From contig OY969116.1 in NCBI GenBank assembly GCA_963698075.1, positions 734,131 to 798,130 on the forward strand: a stretch of 64,000 nucleotides of DNA, given 5' to 3'. Numbering within the stretch: position 1 is the first letter of the stretch; every line of letters begins with the position of its first letter. This DNA comes from an uncultured Candidatus Berkelbacteria bacterium (lineage in GTDB: Bacteria > Patescibacteriota > UBA1384 > UBA12157 > JAENIV01). The notes under the pieces are model-generated. The model made no database searches and had not been told where the DNA came from. It worked only from the letters and a program-made list of their open reading frames with translations. Position numbers and translations under genes: made by a program. Positions 48,538-60,996 of this stretch are shown one piece after another.

Positions 48538-49497
48538 TTATATCTTCAATCCCATCTTTTCTTTAATTTCTCGGATATTTTTTTGGGCATCGACGGCCAG
48601 CTTTTCCGCGCCGTCTTTAAGGATCTTTTTTACCTCTTCATCAGTTATTTCTGAGCGGCGTTTTTGGATTGGCGATAGCTCTTTTATTATAGCTTCCGCC
48701 AGCTCTGGTTTCAATTCAGAATATTTAATTGTCCCTTGACGCCGGGCTTCCCAATAATGATCCGCGCGCTCTTTTCCGGCAAAAATTTCGATCAAGCCAA
48801 TGAGATTTTTAGTGCCATTACTAATTTCCGGTTCATTACCTTGGTCAGTGGTCGCAGCAGAAATTTTTTGGCGGATAGCATTGGGATTATCGTTTAAACC
48901 AATATAAGTCGAGGGAGCATTGGATTTAGACATTTTTCCTTGACCATCTAATCCTAAAATTCTTTTGGCCGGCGCCAATAAAACTTTCGGCTCGGGGAAA
49001 GTTTGGCCGAATTTTTGATTAAACCGCCGGGATAAATCTCGCGCCAATTCCACATGTTGTACCTGATCTTCACCAACCGGCACGCCTTCGGCTTTATAAA
49101 TTAAAATATCGGCGGCCATGAGTACTGGGTAATCAAAAAGCCCGACTCGTTGTTCATATTTCTCACTTTTTTCCTTGTATTGAGTCATCCTTTGGAGTTC
49201 TCCCATGGTGGTTATCGTATTTAAAAGCCAGGCCAATTCCGTGTGTTCCGGCCGATCAGATTGCAGGAATAGTATCGACTTTGTTGGGTCAATACCGATT
49301 GCCAGTAAATCTTTAGCGGCATCAATAATTCGCTTAGGCAATTCTTTCGGAGAATAGTCAACCGTAATCGCATGGTAATCAACAACACAAAAGATACAAC
49401 TATTCTCCTTTTGTAAATCTACCCAGTTTTTCATCGCCCCCAGATAATTGCCAATATGGAATTCGCCCGAAGGCTGAATCCCAGAGAAAATACGCAT
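48538..49497 (-). CDS. trpS: tryptophan--tRNA ligase
   Basis: N-terminal SGIQPSGEFHIGNYLG and KMSKS motif. Confidence 0.92.
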   Translation of the reverse strand: MRIFSGIQPSGEFHIGNYLGAMKNWVDLQKENSCIFCVVDYHAITVDYSPKELPKRIIDAAKDLLAIGIDPTKSILFLQSDRPEHTELAWLLNTITTMGELQRMTQYKEKSEKYEQRVGLFDYPVLMAADILIYKAEGVPVGEDQVQHVELARDLSRRFNQKFGQTFPEPKVLLAPAKRILGLDGQGKMSKSNAPSTYIGLNDNPNAIRQKISAATTDQGNEPEISNGTKNLIGLIEIFAGKERADHYWEARRQGTIKYSELKPELAEAIIKELSPIQKRRSEITDEEVKKILKDGAEKLAVDAQKNIREIKEKMGLKI

Positions 49498-49571
49498 AAT
49501 TTTTACCTCACCTTGATTCTATGTCAATTATGACTTGATTTCAAGAAAGGGCTGGTGTATGATTTCGGGTT

Positions 49572-50519
49572 ATGAAAAGAATTGAAAAAACTATCCTTAA
49601 AACTCTTGTTTATTTTGATATTTTAAACCGACCGTTAATTTTGGATGAAATCTGGCATTACCTTTATCAAGAAAAGGCCAGTAAATTGCAGGTTTTTATG
49701 GGGCTCAAAAGTCTCTTGAGCAAAAAGGTTATTGGGCAAGAAACCTCGCCTAAGAGCGGTCACATCTATTATTTTTTAAATGGACGGAAAGAGATAGTGC
49801 CTGAATATTTTACCAATTTCTCAATTTCTCAAAAACGCTGGCAAAAGGTGGACAAGGTTTTAAAAATAATCCGTCTGGCGCCATTTGTGAAAATGATCGC
49901 CGTCATTAATTCGCTCTCTTATAATAATTCAAATGAAGATTCCGATATTGATATCCTTATGGTTACCAAAGGGGGACGGCTTTGGACGGCAAGGACCTTG
50001 ACGATATTATTGCTCGAAATTATCGGTCAAAATAAGGATCAATGGTACAAAGCCGGCAAAATCTGTCTTGGCTTTGCTTTTGATGAAAGTCGTCTTGATA
50101 TGGGAAAGATTAAATTAAATCTGCCAGCCGGCGGAGACATTGATTTTATTTACTGGTTAGCAAATTTAACGCCCGTTTACGACCGGGGGATTTATCGTGA
50201 TTTTATCAAGGCGAATCATTGGTTACATCAAGAATTACCGAATTGGCAACCCAAGGAACTAAAAACTGAAGACGTAAAACTTAAAACAGCAGAAAAAATA
50301 TTCTTAGGGAAATTCGGAGAGAGTTTAGAAAAATGGTTGGCAAAAATCCAGATTAATCGTATCTGGCACGACCCAAAAAATAAACGCCAGGGCACTTCAG
50401 TAATCGCCGATCCGGGGATGATGAAGCTTCATCCTTACGATAAAAGAGCGGAACGTCAAAAAGCCTGGGAAAAGAAGATTATGGCACTTGACAAAAAAAT
50501 CAAAAATCGATTAAAATGA
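49572..50519 (+). CDS. hypothetical protein with nucleotidyltransferase-like segment
   Basis: NSNEDSDIDILMV resembles NTase GS..D.D motif. Confidence 0.45.
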   Translation: MKRIEKTILKTLVYFDILNRPLILDEIWHYLYQEKASKLQVFMGLKSLLSKKVIGQETSPKSGHIYYFLNGRKEIVPEYFTNFSISQKRWQKVDKVLKIIRLAPFVKMIAVINSLSYNNSNEDSDIDILMVTKGGRLWTARTLTILLLEIIGQNKDQWYKAGKICLGFAFDESRLDMGKIKLNLPAGGDIDFIYWLANLTPVYDRGIYRDFIKANHWLHQELPNWQPKELKTEDVKLKTAEKIFLGKFGESLEKWLAKIQINRIWHDPKNKRQGTSVIADPGMMKLHPYDKRAERQKAWEKKIMALDKKIKNRLK

Positions 50520-50627
50520 AATGTGATGGAAGCGTGGTTATCCCCCTTCCCGCTTCCATCATAACTTTAAGGTAGGCACTTGAAGTTTTTTTATGCTTAA
50601 TGTAAAATAATTAGTCAAAGGAGTTTT

Positions 50628-50921
50628 ATGCCAAGCATGCAAATTCAACCTTTAGCCGACCGCGTGGTCGTGAAACCCTTGGAGCAAGAATCAAAAACTA
50701 AATCAGGCATCATTATTCCTGATACGGCCAAAGAAAAGTCGCAAAAAGGAAAAGTTTTGGCCAAGGGGCCGGGAAAATATGAAGAGGGCAAGTTGGTGCC
50801 GCTTTCGGTTAAAATTGGTGACGTGGTTTTGTATAAAGAATATGGCGGCGATGAAATAAAATTGGATGGCGAAGAAGTGATGATTTTAAAAGAAGAAGAT
50901 ATCCTCGCAATTTTAGAATAA
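50628..50921 (+). CDS. groS: co-chaperonin GroES
   Basis: [14 protein letters not shown]...[11 protein letters not shown]; RBS AAAGGAG. Confidence 0.93.
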   Translation: MPSMQIQPLADRVVVKPLEQESKTKSGIIIPDTAKEKSQKGKVLAKGPGKYEEGKLVPLSVKIGDVVLYKEYGGDEIKLDGEEVMILKEEDILAILE

Positions 50922-50979
50922 TTGCGAAATTTCAAATTATAAATTCTAAATTTTAAATTAAATTGAAATTTCTAATTGA

Positions 50980-52650
<1,671 letters not shown>

Positions 52651-52784
52651 GAGAATATAGCCTCGGGTCGCCCCCGTTCGCATCCAGCCACCCTAGCCAA
52701 CCTAGGCTCGAACTTCGTTCGAGCCACCGGCATTCGCTCAGGGGGCATCCCCTCGGCTCATAAAGATAATAAGAAATAAAGAAG

Positions 52785-52808
52785 ACCGCTCGAAAGGGCG
52801 GTTTTCTT
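52785..52808 (+). terminator. groEL terminator ACCGC-tcgaaagg-GCGGT + TTTTCTT
   Basis: read directly. Confidence 0.5.
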
Positions 52809-52811
52809 GAT

Positions 52812-52846
52812 ATGAAAAAGGCCGACCCCTGTATCGGAAGGGTCGA
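52812..52846 (-). terminator. hairpin CGACCC-N11-GGGTCG with T-run on minus strand
   Basis: read directly. Confidence 0.4.
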
Positions 52847-52892
52847 CCCTGTGTGACAGATTGGCACCCTGCTGGGCATAGTCAGTTGATTC

Positions 52893-53180
52893 TCAGAGTC
52901 GAGCTTCAACTCGTTTGGCTTTCCTTCGTGCAGCCTTCCTGATTTCAGAGGCTAAACCATTGGCCATCGCCTGGAGCCTGGGTGTCGAGATGCCGGTTCC
53001 GACTAAGATTGACTCAGCCTTGCTGGCTGTATGTTCTCCGATATCACGGATAGCTTGTGGCATGGTGCAAGGGATGTAGCTATCGCGGCGACGAACGAAG
53101 TCAGGATCCTTATGGGGATTCCACCTGGCGGTTGCTCGGCGGACCTTCTTCATGACAGATTCAACCTTCTGCATGGTCAT
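52893..53180 (-). CDS. hypothetical basic protein (95 aa)
   Basis: RBS AGGAGA; driven by consensus promoter TTGACA-18-TATAAT (53203-53232 minus). Confidence 0.5.
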   Translation of the reverse strand: MTMQKVESVMKKVRRATARWNPHKDPDFVRRRDSYIPCTMPQAIRDIGEHTASKAESILVGTGISTPRLQAMANGLASEIRKAARRKAKRVEARL

Positions 53181-53245
53181 CTCCTGACAGCAGAGTGATT
53201 CAATTATATCAACAATACTTTTTTAATGTCAACTTATACCTCACC
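53181..53245 (-). promoter_or_regulatory. consensus sigma70 promoter (minus-strand TTGACA 53227-53232, TATAAT 53203-53208, RBS AGGAGA)
   Basis: hexamers with 18-bp spacer read directly. Confidence 0.55.
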
Positions 53246-53272
53246 AACATAGATTAAAAATTAATCGATGTT
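53246..53272. repeat. AT-rich palindrome family copy 4 (AACATAGATTAAAAATTAATCGATGTT)
   Basis: read directly, abuts -35 of promoter above. Confidence 0.5.
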
Positions 53273-53305
53273 TGGGAAAGGTCGTTTAAAAAAATACCAA
53301 AAAAT

Positions 53306-53554
53306 TTAAAAAAGATGTGAGAACGCGTCTTCGTTAAATTGATAAAAAGTTTTGTAGAGAGTTGGCTTGGCTTTTAAAAAATGATGTTTGGTAAAGCCGC
53401 GGCAATAATATTGCACCGCGCCGATTGACCACCTAAGATCAGAAGCAACTTGGGCTTGATAGAATTCTTTTTGCTCATCACAGTAGCGTAAAAATTGGGC
53501 TTTCTTTTTGCCAAAAAGGAACTCAAATTGGCCAGTGTCTTTGATTTTAATCAT
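53306..53554 (-). CDS. small hypothetical protein (82 aa)
   Basis: RBS GGAGG; flanked on both sides by palindrome copies 4 and 5. Confidence 0.45.
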   Translation of the reverse strand: MIKIKDTGQFEFLFGKKKAQFLRYCDEQKEFYQAQVASDLRWSIGAVQYYCRGFTKHHFLKAKPTLYKTFYQFNEDAFSHLF

Positions 53555-53573
53555 CGCAAAAACCTCCTTCGGA

Positions 53574-53598
53574 CATAGATTAAAAATTAAGTTATGTT
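53574..53598. repeat. AT-rich palindrome family copy 5 (ACATAGATTAAAAATTAAGTTATGTT)
   Basis: read directly. Confidence 0.5.
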
Positions 53599-53756
53599 TC
53601 TTAAATCATCATCCAACGAGTCCATAAATTTGTCAAGCCCCGTTAGATAGCTTCGCATCAAACGGGGCGCAGACCCCGCAGACGACGCTCCTGCGTGATT
53701 GAACGTAGTTCAATAAGTCAGGAAGGAGTTGTGCTGGGGTCAAGCCCCGAAAATTT

Positions 53757-54104
53757 TTAAGCCAAGTTCGGTAGCTTGATTTTGTGTTTATCAATCACAT
53801 GGCCCTCGAGCTTTAATATCCGCTCTTTTTCTTTGGGCCCACGAGCATAACCGCCGAGATGACCATCAGAGCGGATAACCCGGTGGCAAGGGACGGGATC
53901 GAAATCCTCCAAAGGCAGTTGCCATTCGCGGGCGCGATAGTTGCGATTCAAAATTGACCCCACAGCCCGATAGGCCCGAGGGCTTCCAGCTTCGCGGGCA
54001 ACTTGAGAATAGGTCATCAACTTCCCTCTCGGGATTCTTGAGACAATATCCAGAACTCTTTTGGAGAAATCTTTGACCATATTATGCCGGGACGCCGGCA
54101 GCAC
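53757..54104 (-). CDS. ogt: methylated-DNA--protein-cysteine methyltransferase
   Basis: active-site PCHRVI motif. Confidence 0.85.
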   Translation of the reverse strand: MLPASRHNMVKDFSKRVLDIVSRIPRGKLMTYSQVAREAGSPRAYRAVGSILNRNYRAREWQLPLEDFDPVPCHRVIRSDGHLGGYARGPKEKERILKLEGHVIDKHKIKLPNLA

Positions 54105-54588
54105 CGGTGGGCGGCTCGGCTACATCATCACTAAATATAATCGCCGTGTCAATTTTCTGGACTTTTTCTGAACCAAAAACCCGGGCGTCACCGAGGAGAT
54201 CTTTGAGATAATATTTTCCCACACACTGATTATCAGTATCAATGAGTAAATCTTCAACCACTCCCAAACCTTTTCCAGATTCAGTTTTGGCCCTCATCCC
54301 TAAAAGATTAATTTTTTTGTCAAGGATTTCTTTAATGCGAATGATTTCTTCCGCGCTCACAAGATTATCAATTGATTCAGTGACAATCCCCTTCGGATCC
54401 CAATCACGGATATCAGTGATGGAAAGTACTTTTTTAGGGCTAAAAATTCCTCCTGAAGAAACTAAAAATCCGAGCAAATTGCCGTTTTCAGGATCAACAA
54501 TAATTTGGCGGATTTCGCCAACCTTTGATTGAGTATCAGTCGCCGCTACGGGCATGCCAATAAGTTTTTTGGCTTCGATGTACATCAA
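54082..54588 (-). CDS. PRC-barrel domain protein
   Basis: two PRC-barrel-like repeats (GMPV...VGEIRQIIVD, GKYYLKDLLG...). Confidence 0.65.
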   Translation of the reverse strand: MMYIEAKKLIGMPVAATDTQSKVGEIRQIIVDPENGNLLGFLVSSGGIFSPKKVLSITDIRDWDPKGIVTESIDNLVSAEEIIRIKEILDKKINLLGMRAKTESGKGLGVVEDLLIDTDNQCVGKYYLKDLLGDARVFGSEKVQKIDTAIIFSDDVAEPPTGAAGVPA

Positions 54589-54701
54589 CTACATAATAAA
54601 CTAAAAACTTAAATGTTAAAACTTAAACTTGCAGCTTAAAACAAAAAAGAAAAATTCTTTTAAGCTTTTTCTTGAAGTTTTGAGTTTTGCGCTTTCAGCT
54701 T

Positions 54702-55262
54702 TTAGTTGCCCCGCTCAACATATTCCCCAGTTCTCGTATCAATCACAATTTTATCGCCGGTTTTGATAAAGAGAGGCACTTGGATTTGGGTGCCGGTTTC
54801 GAGCGTCGCCGGTTTGAGAACATTGGTGGCCGTATTGCCACGGAATCCCGGCTCAGTATAGGTCACTTCAAAGGTCATTTTGATGGGCAAGTTAATATTT
54901 ATCGGCTTGTCATCGAAATAGACGATATCGACTTCGCCGCCTTCTTTAAGAAAATCGGCGGTTTTATCCAATTGATTTTTAGCTAAAGAGAACTGCTCAA
55001 AAGTGGCCGAATCCATAAAGTAGTAACCATTGGTATCATGATATAAATACTGGGCCTTTTTGGTCTCAAGCTCGGCTTCCTCCAGTTTTTCCGCACCAGC
55101 AAAACTTTTTTCAATAATCGTGCCAGAAATTAGATTGCGTAGTTTCGTCCGCATAATTCCGCCGCCGCGACCGAGTTTTGAGTGCTGGGAAAATACCACC
55201 ACCATGGGCTGGTCATTAAAAATGATTTTACTCCCAATTTTGAGATCGTTGATGCTAAGCAT
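54702..55262 (-). CDS. efp: elongation factor P
   Basis: MLSINDLKIGSKI...GRGGGIMRTKLRNL. Confidence 0.93.
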   Translation of the reverse strand: MLSINDLKIGSKIIFNDQPMVVVFSQHSKLGRGGGIMRTKLRNLISGTIIEKSFAGAEKLEEAELETKKAQYLYHDTNGYYFMDSATFEQFSLAKNQLDKTADFLKEGGEVDIVYFDDKPININLPIKMTFEVTYTEPGFRGNTATNVLKPATLETGTQIQVPLFIKTGDKIVIDTRTGEYVERGN

Positions 55263-55279
55263 AACTTTAGAGTTTCCGC

Positions 55280-55504
55280 CTATTGGCGGACATACGGCAT
55301 CAGCGCCATAAACCGGGACCGTTTGATGGCATCGGTAAGCATTCGCTGATGTCGAGCGCAGTTTCCGGTATCACGGGCCGGTTTAATTTTGGACCAGGCC
55401 GTTAAATATTTGGTCAAAGTGTTAGTATCACGAAAATCAATATAATCGATTTTTTTTCGACAAAACTGACACTGTCTTTTTCTAAATGTAAATTGTCTGG
55501 GCAT
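55280..55504 (-). CDS. rpsR: 30S ribosomal protein S18
   Basis: CQFCRKKIDYIDFRD...GNCARHQR...AIKRSRFMALMPY. Confidence 0.9.
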   Translation of the reverse strand: MPRQFTFRKRQCQFCRKKIDYIDFRDTNTLTKYLTAWSKIKPARDTGNCARHQRMLTDAIKRSRFMALMPYVRQ

Positions 55505-55520
55505 ATTGCTTTACGCTTTT

Positions 55521-56598
<1,078 letters not shown>

Positions 56599-56684
56599 GA
56601 GTCGCTTCGCTCCATTACGAACTACAAATCTTGTTACAAATATACGAATAAATCATAGCATAGGGAGGGAAATTAAGCAATACT

Positions 56685-57542
56685 TTAGACATTAAACTTA
56701 AAGTGAACAATATCACCGTCTTGGACGGTGTAATCTTTGCCTTCGGTGTGAAGTTTGCCGTTTTCGCGAGCTTCCTGCCAGCCGCCACATGATGTGAGAT
56801 CAACATAATGGCAGACATCAGCGGCAATGAAGCCGCGTTCCATGTCGGTATGAACCTTGCCAGCAGCTTGAGGGGCTTTGGTGTTGGCTAAAATTGGCCA
56901 GGCCTGAATTTGCTGGTGAGGGATTAAAGTGTAGAAAGTGATAAGATTGAGTAATTTATAGGACTCTTGGATTAGGCGCACCAATCCCGATTGACCGAGG
57001 CCGAAAGATTCTAAGTATTGTTTGGCCTCGTTATCGGATAAATCAGTAATTTCTTCCTCCATTTTAGCGCAGATAATAATAGTATCATCATCCTGCGCAA
57101 TTTTGTTGAGATTTGCTTCGGCAACGTTTAAAACATACAATGTCGGTTTTTTGATATTCGCGAGTTCGAGTTCAATATTAATAGTTTCTTTGGCATCAGC
57201 CGGATTTGAATCTTCGGAAAAGTTGTCAATTACGTGGATAATGGCGTCAACTTCGCTAATATGGCTTAAAAATTCATTGCCCAATCCCTCACCGCGGTGC
57301 GCATTTTCAACCAATCCGGCAATATCAATAAATTTGACCGTCGCCGGGATTTTTTTGGGCAATTTTAATATTGCGGCAATCTTATCAAGCCGTTCATCCG
57401 GCACTTCGACCATCCCGACATTCGGGTCGATAGTGGTAAACGGATAATCCGCCACCTTGGCTTGGTGGCCTTTGACTAAGGCGTTAAAAAGTGTCGATTT
57501 TCCAACATTCGGAAGCCCGACGATGCCTATACTTAATGACAT
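56685..57542 (-). CDS. ychF: ribosome-binding ATPase YchF (Obg-family), short form
   Basis: G1 GLPNVGKST, YPFTTIDPN, C-terminal TGS-like DGDIVHFKFNV. Confidence 0.85.
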   Translation of the reverse strand: MSLSIGIVGLPNVGKSTLFNALVKGHQAKVADYPFTTIDPNVGMVEVPDERLDKIAAILKLPKKIPATVKFIDIAGLVENAHRGEGLGNEFLSHISEVDAIIHVIDNFSEDSNPADAKETINIELELANIKKPTLYVLNVAEANLNKIAQDDDTIIICAKMEEEITDLSDNEAKQYLESFGLGQSGLVRLIQESYKLLNLITFYTLIPHQQIQAWPILANTKAPQAAGKVHTDMERGFIAADVCHYVDLTSCGGWQEARENGKLHTEGKDYTVQDGDIVHFKFNV

Positions 57543-57569
57543 AGCACAATTATAGCGTATTTTAACCTA

Positions 57570-57608
57570 TAGATAAAGAAGAGGGTGACGGGACAGATCC
57601 CGTCACCC
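57570..57608 (-). terminator. hairpin GGGTGACGGGA-cagatc-CCGTCACCC with T-rich tail on minus strand
   Basis: read directly. Confidence 0.5.
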
Positions 57609-57629
57609 CACGCGGCTGTGATCAGGCGG

Positions 57630-58037
57630 CTAGCTCAGGATGTGTGCTCGCAGATCTTCTGCGCGGGTAGTCCAACCCTTCCCGATCCAGATGACCTTCC
57701 CATCCGGAATGAAACCTGTCCAGACGGCGACTCGCATCCTCGGGTAGCGAGCCGCCATCTCCTCGGCTGTCCGTTCCATATCGCGGCTGACGAAGACTAT
57801 CGCGCTCACTCCCGTGCCTGTCTGGATGCGGTGCTCCGCCTCCTTGGCGGTGGCGAAAATCTCCACATCTGCCGCTTTCTGCGTACCGCCATGTAGGGCA
57901 GGCACTTCTGCCTCGAGCGTTTCCTGGAGATACTTGACCTGCAGTTCGTAGTCTTCGGGCGTTGCTTGCCCCCACTGTCCTTCCTTTACGATCAGAACGG
58001 TCGGTATCATGCCGTCCTCCTTTCCGTGGTGATACAA
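57630..58037 (-). CDS. hypothetical protein (high GC ~58%)
   Basis: 135-aa ORF; flavodoxin/CheY-like alternation of hydrophobic strands; no motif recognised. Confidence 0.45.
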   Translation of the reverse strand: MYHHGKEDGMIPTVLIVKEGQWGQATPEDYELQVKYLQETLEAEVPALHGGTQKAADVEIFATAKEAEHRIQTGTGVSAIVFVSRDMERTAEEMAARYPRMRVAVWTGFIPDGKVIWIGKGWTTRAEDLRAHILS

Positions 58038-58226
58038 CAGCTAATTGTATATTAAAACCTTTACAAATTCAAGAGAGTATTAAAAAAAGGACTCTCTAAG
58101 TCCGAAACTCATAGGTCAATTATACCTGAAAACCTAATAAAATCCAACAGCTCAAGACGTGAGCCATTGACAAAATTTTCAGATAAACTAGTATAGATTA
58201 AAATACTCAAAAATGGGTAATCGAAA

Positions 58227-59402
58227 ATGGCTAAATCAAATCTTAATCAAGCTTTAACCTTTGATGACGTGTTGCTTTTGCCCGGCTACACTGATTTTAC
58301 GCGCAAGGAAATTAATCTTTCCACTAATCTGACAAAAAAACTCAAAATCGCCCTGCCGCTGGTTTCAGCGCCAATGGATAAAGTCACTGAAAACCGTCTG
58401 GCCATCGCTTTGGGAAAACTTGGCGGCATTGGCATTATCCATCGCAATTTATCCGTCAAAGATCAGGCGCGAGAAGTTGCCAAAGTCAAAAGTCAAAACC
58501 TGCTCGTGGGGGCCGCCATCAGCTCGCAACCCGGGTTCGACGAACGCACCGAAGCTTTGATTCGGGCAAAAACCGATTGCATTGTCATTGATTCGGCCCA
58601 TGGGTTTTCCAAATTTGTGATTGATTGTCTTAAAACCATTAAGAAAAAATATCCTCGGTTACAAGTCATTGCCGGAAACGTCGCCACTTATGACGGCGCG
58701 CGGGCATTAGTCAATGCCGGCGCTGATGGTTTACGTGTTGGCATGGGGCCGGGCTCAATTTGCTCAACGCGCGTGATTTCCGGGATGGGGGTGCCGCAAA
58801 TCACCGCTTTATTGGAAACTTCACGGGCTGCCAAAACGCGCAAGATTCCCGTGATTGCTGACGGCGGGATTCAATTTTCCGGCTGCATTGTCAAAGCCCT
58901 GGCCGCCGGCGCCTCATCGGTAATGATGGGCTCGATGTTTGCCCAAACTGTGGAATCGCCGGGCAAGGTGGTTTTCTTAGACTATTCCCATGTCCCTTCA
59001 AGATTTAAAAGCATTTGGAATAATAATGCGAATCATGCGGGTCATCAGCGAACAAATAAATATCCTTTTAAAGAATACCGCGGCATGGGCTCAATCGGAG
59101 CGATGCAGGAGGGCATTAAAATTAAATCCGAAGACGAATTTCACAATAAAGAATATCCGAAAAAGAAGAATGGTCATTTGATTGCCGAAGGCATTGAAGG
59201 TTTGGTGCCGGTAAAGGGCTCGTTAAGTGAATTAGTCGAACAGCTCATCGGTGGGGTCAAATCAGGATTTTATTATGTTGGCAGCCGGACTATCCCTGAG
59301 CTTTGGCAAAAAGCGCGGTTTATTCAAATTACCCCGGCCTCTTTGGCAGAAAGTCATCCTCATGATATTTTAATTACTAACCCGGGGAAAAATTATTTGT
59401 AG
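58227..59402 (+). CDS. IMP dehydrogenase family protein (CBS-less short form)
   Basis: GMGPGSICSTRVISGMGVPQ catalytic Cys loop, TIM barrel length 391 aa. Confidence 0.85.
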   Translation: MAKSNLNQALTFDDVLLLPGYTDFTRKEINLSTNLTKKLKIALPLVSAPMDKVTENRLAIALGKLGGIGIIHRNLSVKDQAREVAKVKSQNLLVGAAISSQPGFDERTEALIRAKTDCIVIDSAHGFSKFVIDCLKTIKKKYPRLQVIAGNVATYDGARALVNAGADGLRVGMGPGSICSTRVISGMGVPQITALLETSRAAKTRKIPVIADGGIQFSGCIVKALAAGASSVMMGSMFAQTVESPGKVVFLDYSHVPSRFKSIWNNNANHAGHQRTNKYPFKEYRGMGSIGAMQEGIKIKSEDEFHNKEYPKKKNGHLIAEGIEGLVPVKGSLSELVEQLIGGVKSGFYYVGSRTIPELWQKARFIQITPASLAESHPHDILITNPGKNYL

Positions 59403-59519
59403 TTCTCTCACTTGACAAGTTGGACTCATCCAAGATATTTTGAACTTGACCTCATCGGTTCTCTTCAAAACGATGAGGTAGCACTCCACAGGAGGAAGAC
59501 GGTAGTGACCAAACAAGAA

Positions 59520-60224
59520 ATGGTCCGTCGAATCATCGAGGCTAAGGGTCTCGAAATCCATGATGTCGACGCCGGCGAAGAGGCATTTCTTTACGCCTCA
59601 GGAAACTGGGGTCCGATCTATGTTTCGATCAAGGGACTCGTCTCTGTTGTTAAGCCGGTCAAACTGATAGAGGTGCTGACTGCTCACTTGGCGGTGAAGG
59701 TTGCCGAGGCCGTACCTAACATGGACTTTCTGGCGGCCAACGTTAGCGGCGGAATGGTGCCTGGCTGGAATCTGGCAGAGATGTTGGAGCCTTTCCTTGG
59801 TCGACCAGTGCCTTACGTCTATGTCCGCGAGACGAGAAAGAAGGGCGGTCAGAAGGAGCTTATTACCGGGTTGGCGACTAATCCTGATCTTACGCCAGGC
59901 ATGAATTGTCTGATTCATGAAGAGCTAGTCAACTTCGCTGAGACGACGATCAATAGTGCCTCGGCGATGCGTGCCGCTGGCTACGTAGTTACCCATGCTT
60001 CCACGATTCTTTACTACGACAATCCGGTCGCCAATGCCAATCTGAAGGAAGAGGGAATCGAGATGATTGCTCTTCTGACGATGCCAGAACTCATCGATAT
60101 CGCCGAGCAAGACGGACTACGCACTCCTCGTCAGATTGCCGCCTATCGCGAGTTCAAAGATGATCCTCTTGGCTGGCAGGCGAAGCGAGGACTCAAGCCA
60201 GTCGCGAGTGGAGGAACTCAATGA
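59520..60224 (+). CDS. type I phosphoribosyltransferase, OPRT(PyrE)-like paralog
   Basis: FLYASGNWGPIYVSIKG (PRPP/orotate loop-like) and VYVRETRKKGGQKELITG; longer ORF from 59412 possible; GC ~53%. Confidence 0.5.
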   Translation: MVRRIIEAKGLEIHDVDAGEEAFLYASGNWGPIYVSIKGLVSVVKPVKLIEVLTAHLAVKVAEAVPNMDFLAANVSGGMVPGWNLAEMLEPFLGRPVPYVYVRETRKKGGQKELITGLATNPDLTPGMNCLIHEELVNFAETTINSASAMRAAGYVVTHASTILYYDNPVANANLKEEGIEMIALLTMPELIDIAEQDGLRTPRQIAAYREFKDDPLGWQAKRGLKPVASGGTQ

Positions 60225-60925
60225 ACAAGCCATTAGTCTTTGTTGCTTTGGATGGATTGGCTACCGAAAGAGCGAAAACCCTTAAGACAGCCGAAGATCT
60301 TTGTAAGGCAGAAGGTGGCGATTTCGGCTTCAAGATCAACCTCGATGCCTTGATCGATCTGGACATGGGACTGAGAGAGATCTTGGCGCCGATCCAAGAG
60401 CTTAATCGTCCGATCTTTGCCGACCTCAAGGTTTTCAACGGCACCCGGACCATGGCTTCGTTGTTTGGCAAACTAGCCGATCTGGGGATCAACTACACCA
60501 ATGTCTGGGCTCAGGCGGAAAGGTTACTCCCTAAGGCTATCAAAGCCGTCGAGGGAACCCAAACCAAGATTCTGGGTCTCACTGTTCTGACCCACTATGA
60601 CGAAGCCTACTGTCAGCGCCATTTCGGCCGAGATTTCCCTTCAACCGTCCGCCACTTCGCGCAAGTTGCGGTCGAGAATGGTTGCCATGGGATTATCCTT
60701 CCTGGAACTCAACTTTCGGCTGTCCGGGATCTTGACACCTTCAAGGTGGTCCCCGGTGTCCGGCCAACATGGTATCACGACGATCGCCATAGCGAAGAAG
60801 CCGAGATTACACCAAAGGAAGCGGCTGAGGCAGGCGCTGATGCCCTTGTCTGCGGTAGCCCAATCATGAAATCGGCTGACCCCGTCGCTGCCTTGAGCAA
60901 TATTCTCCTCGAAGTCAATCAATAG
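60221..60925 (+). CDS. pyrF: orotidine-5'-phosphate decarboxylase
   Basis: LVFVALDGL...FADLKVFNGTRT...GADALVCGSPIMKSADP. Confidence 0.8.
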   Translation: MNKPLVFVALDGLATERAKTLKTAEDLCKAEGGDFGFKINLDALIDLDMGLREILAPIQELNRPIFADLKVFNGTRTMASLFGKLADLGINYTNVWAQAERLLPKAIKAVEGTQTKILGLTVLTHYDEAYCQRHFGRDFPSTVRHFAQVAVENGCHGIILPGTQLSAVRDLDTFKVVPGVRPTWYHDDRHSEEAEITPKEAAEAGADALVCGSPIMKSADPVAALSNILLEVNQ

Positions 60926-60943
60926 ACCATTCACACGACTTGT

Positions 60944-60985
60944 TGCCCGTAGGGATAGAGTGCCCTGCGGGCTTGTTTTTTATTT
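60944..60985 (+). terminator. hairpin GCCCGTAGGG-N-CCCTGCGGGC + TTGTTTTTTATTT
   Basis: read directly. Confidence 0.5.
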
Positions 60986-60996
60986 ATGGATTTTAT

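Noticed and set aside
50528-50563. CIRCE/HrcA operator upstream of groES
   Set aside because: A 10-bp-stem hairpin GATGGAAGCG...CGCTTCCATC is present, but it does not match the TTAGCACTC-N9-GAGTGCTAA consensus. It is more likely the terminator of the upstream gene.
57585-57975. ORFs 57585-57896 (+) and 57622-57975 (-) overlapping the 57630-58037 gene
   Set aside because: They are alternative frames in a 58% GC region. Only the frame with a plausible start and a downstream terminator was kept, and even that one has no functional call.
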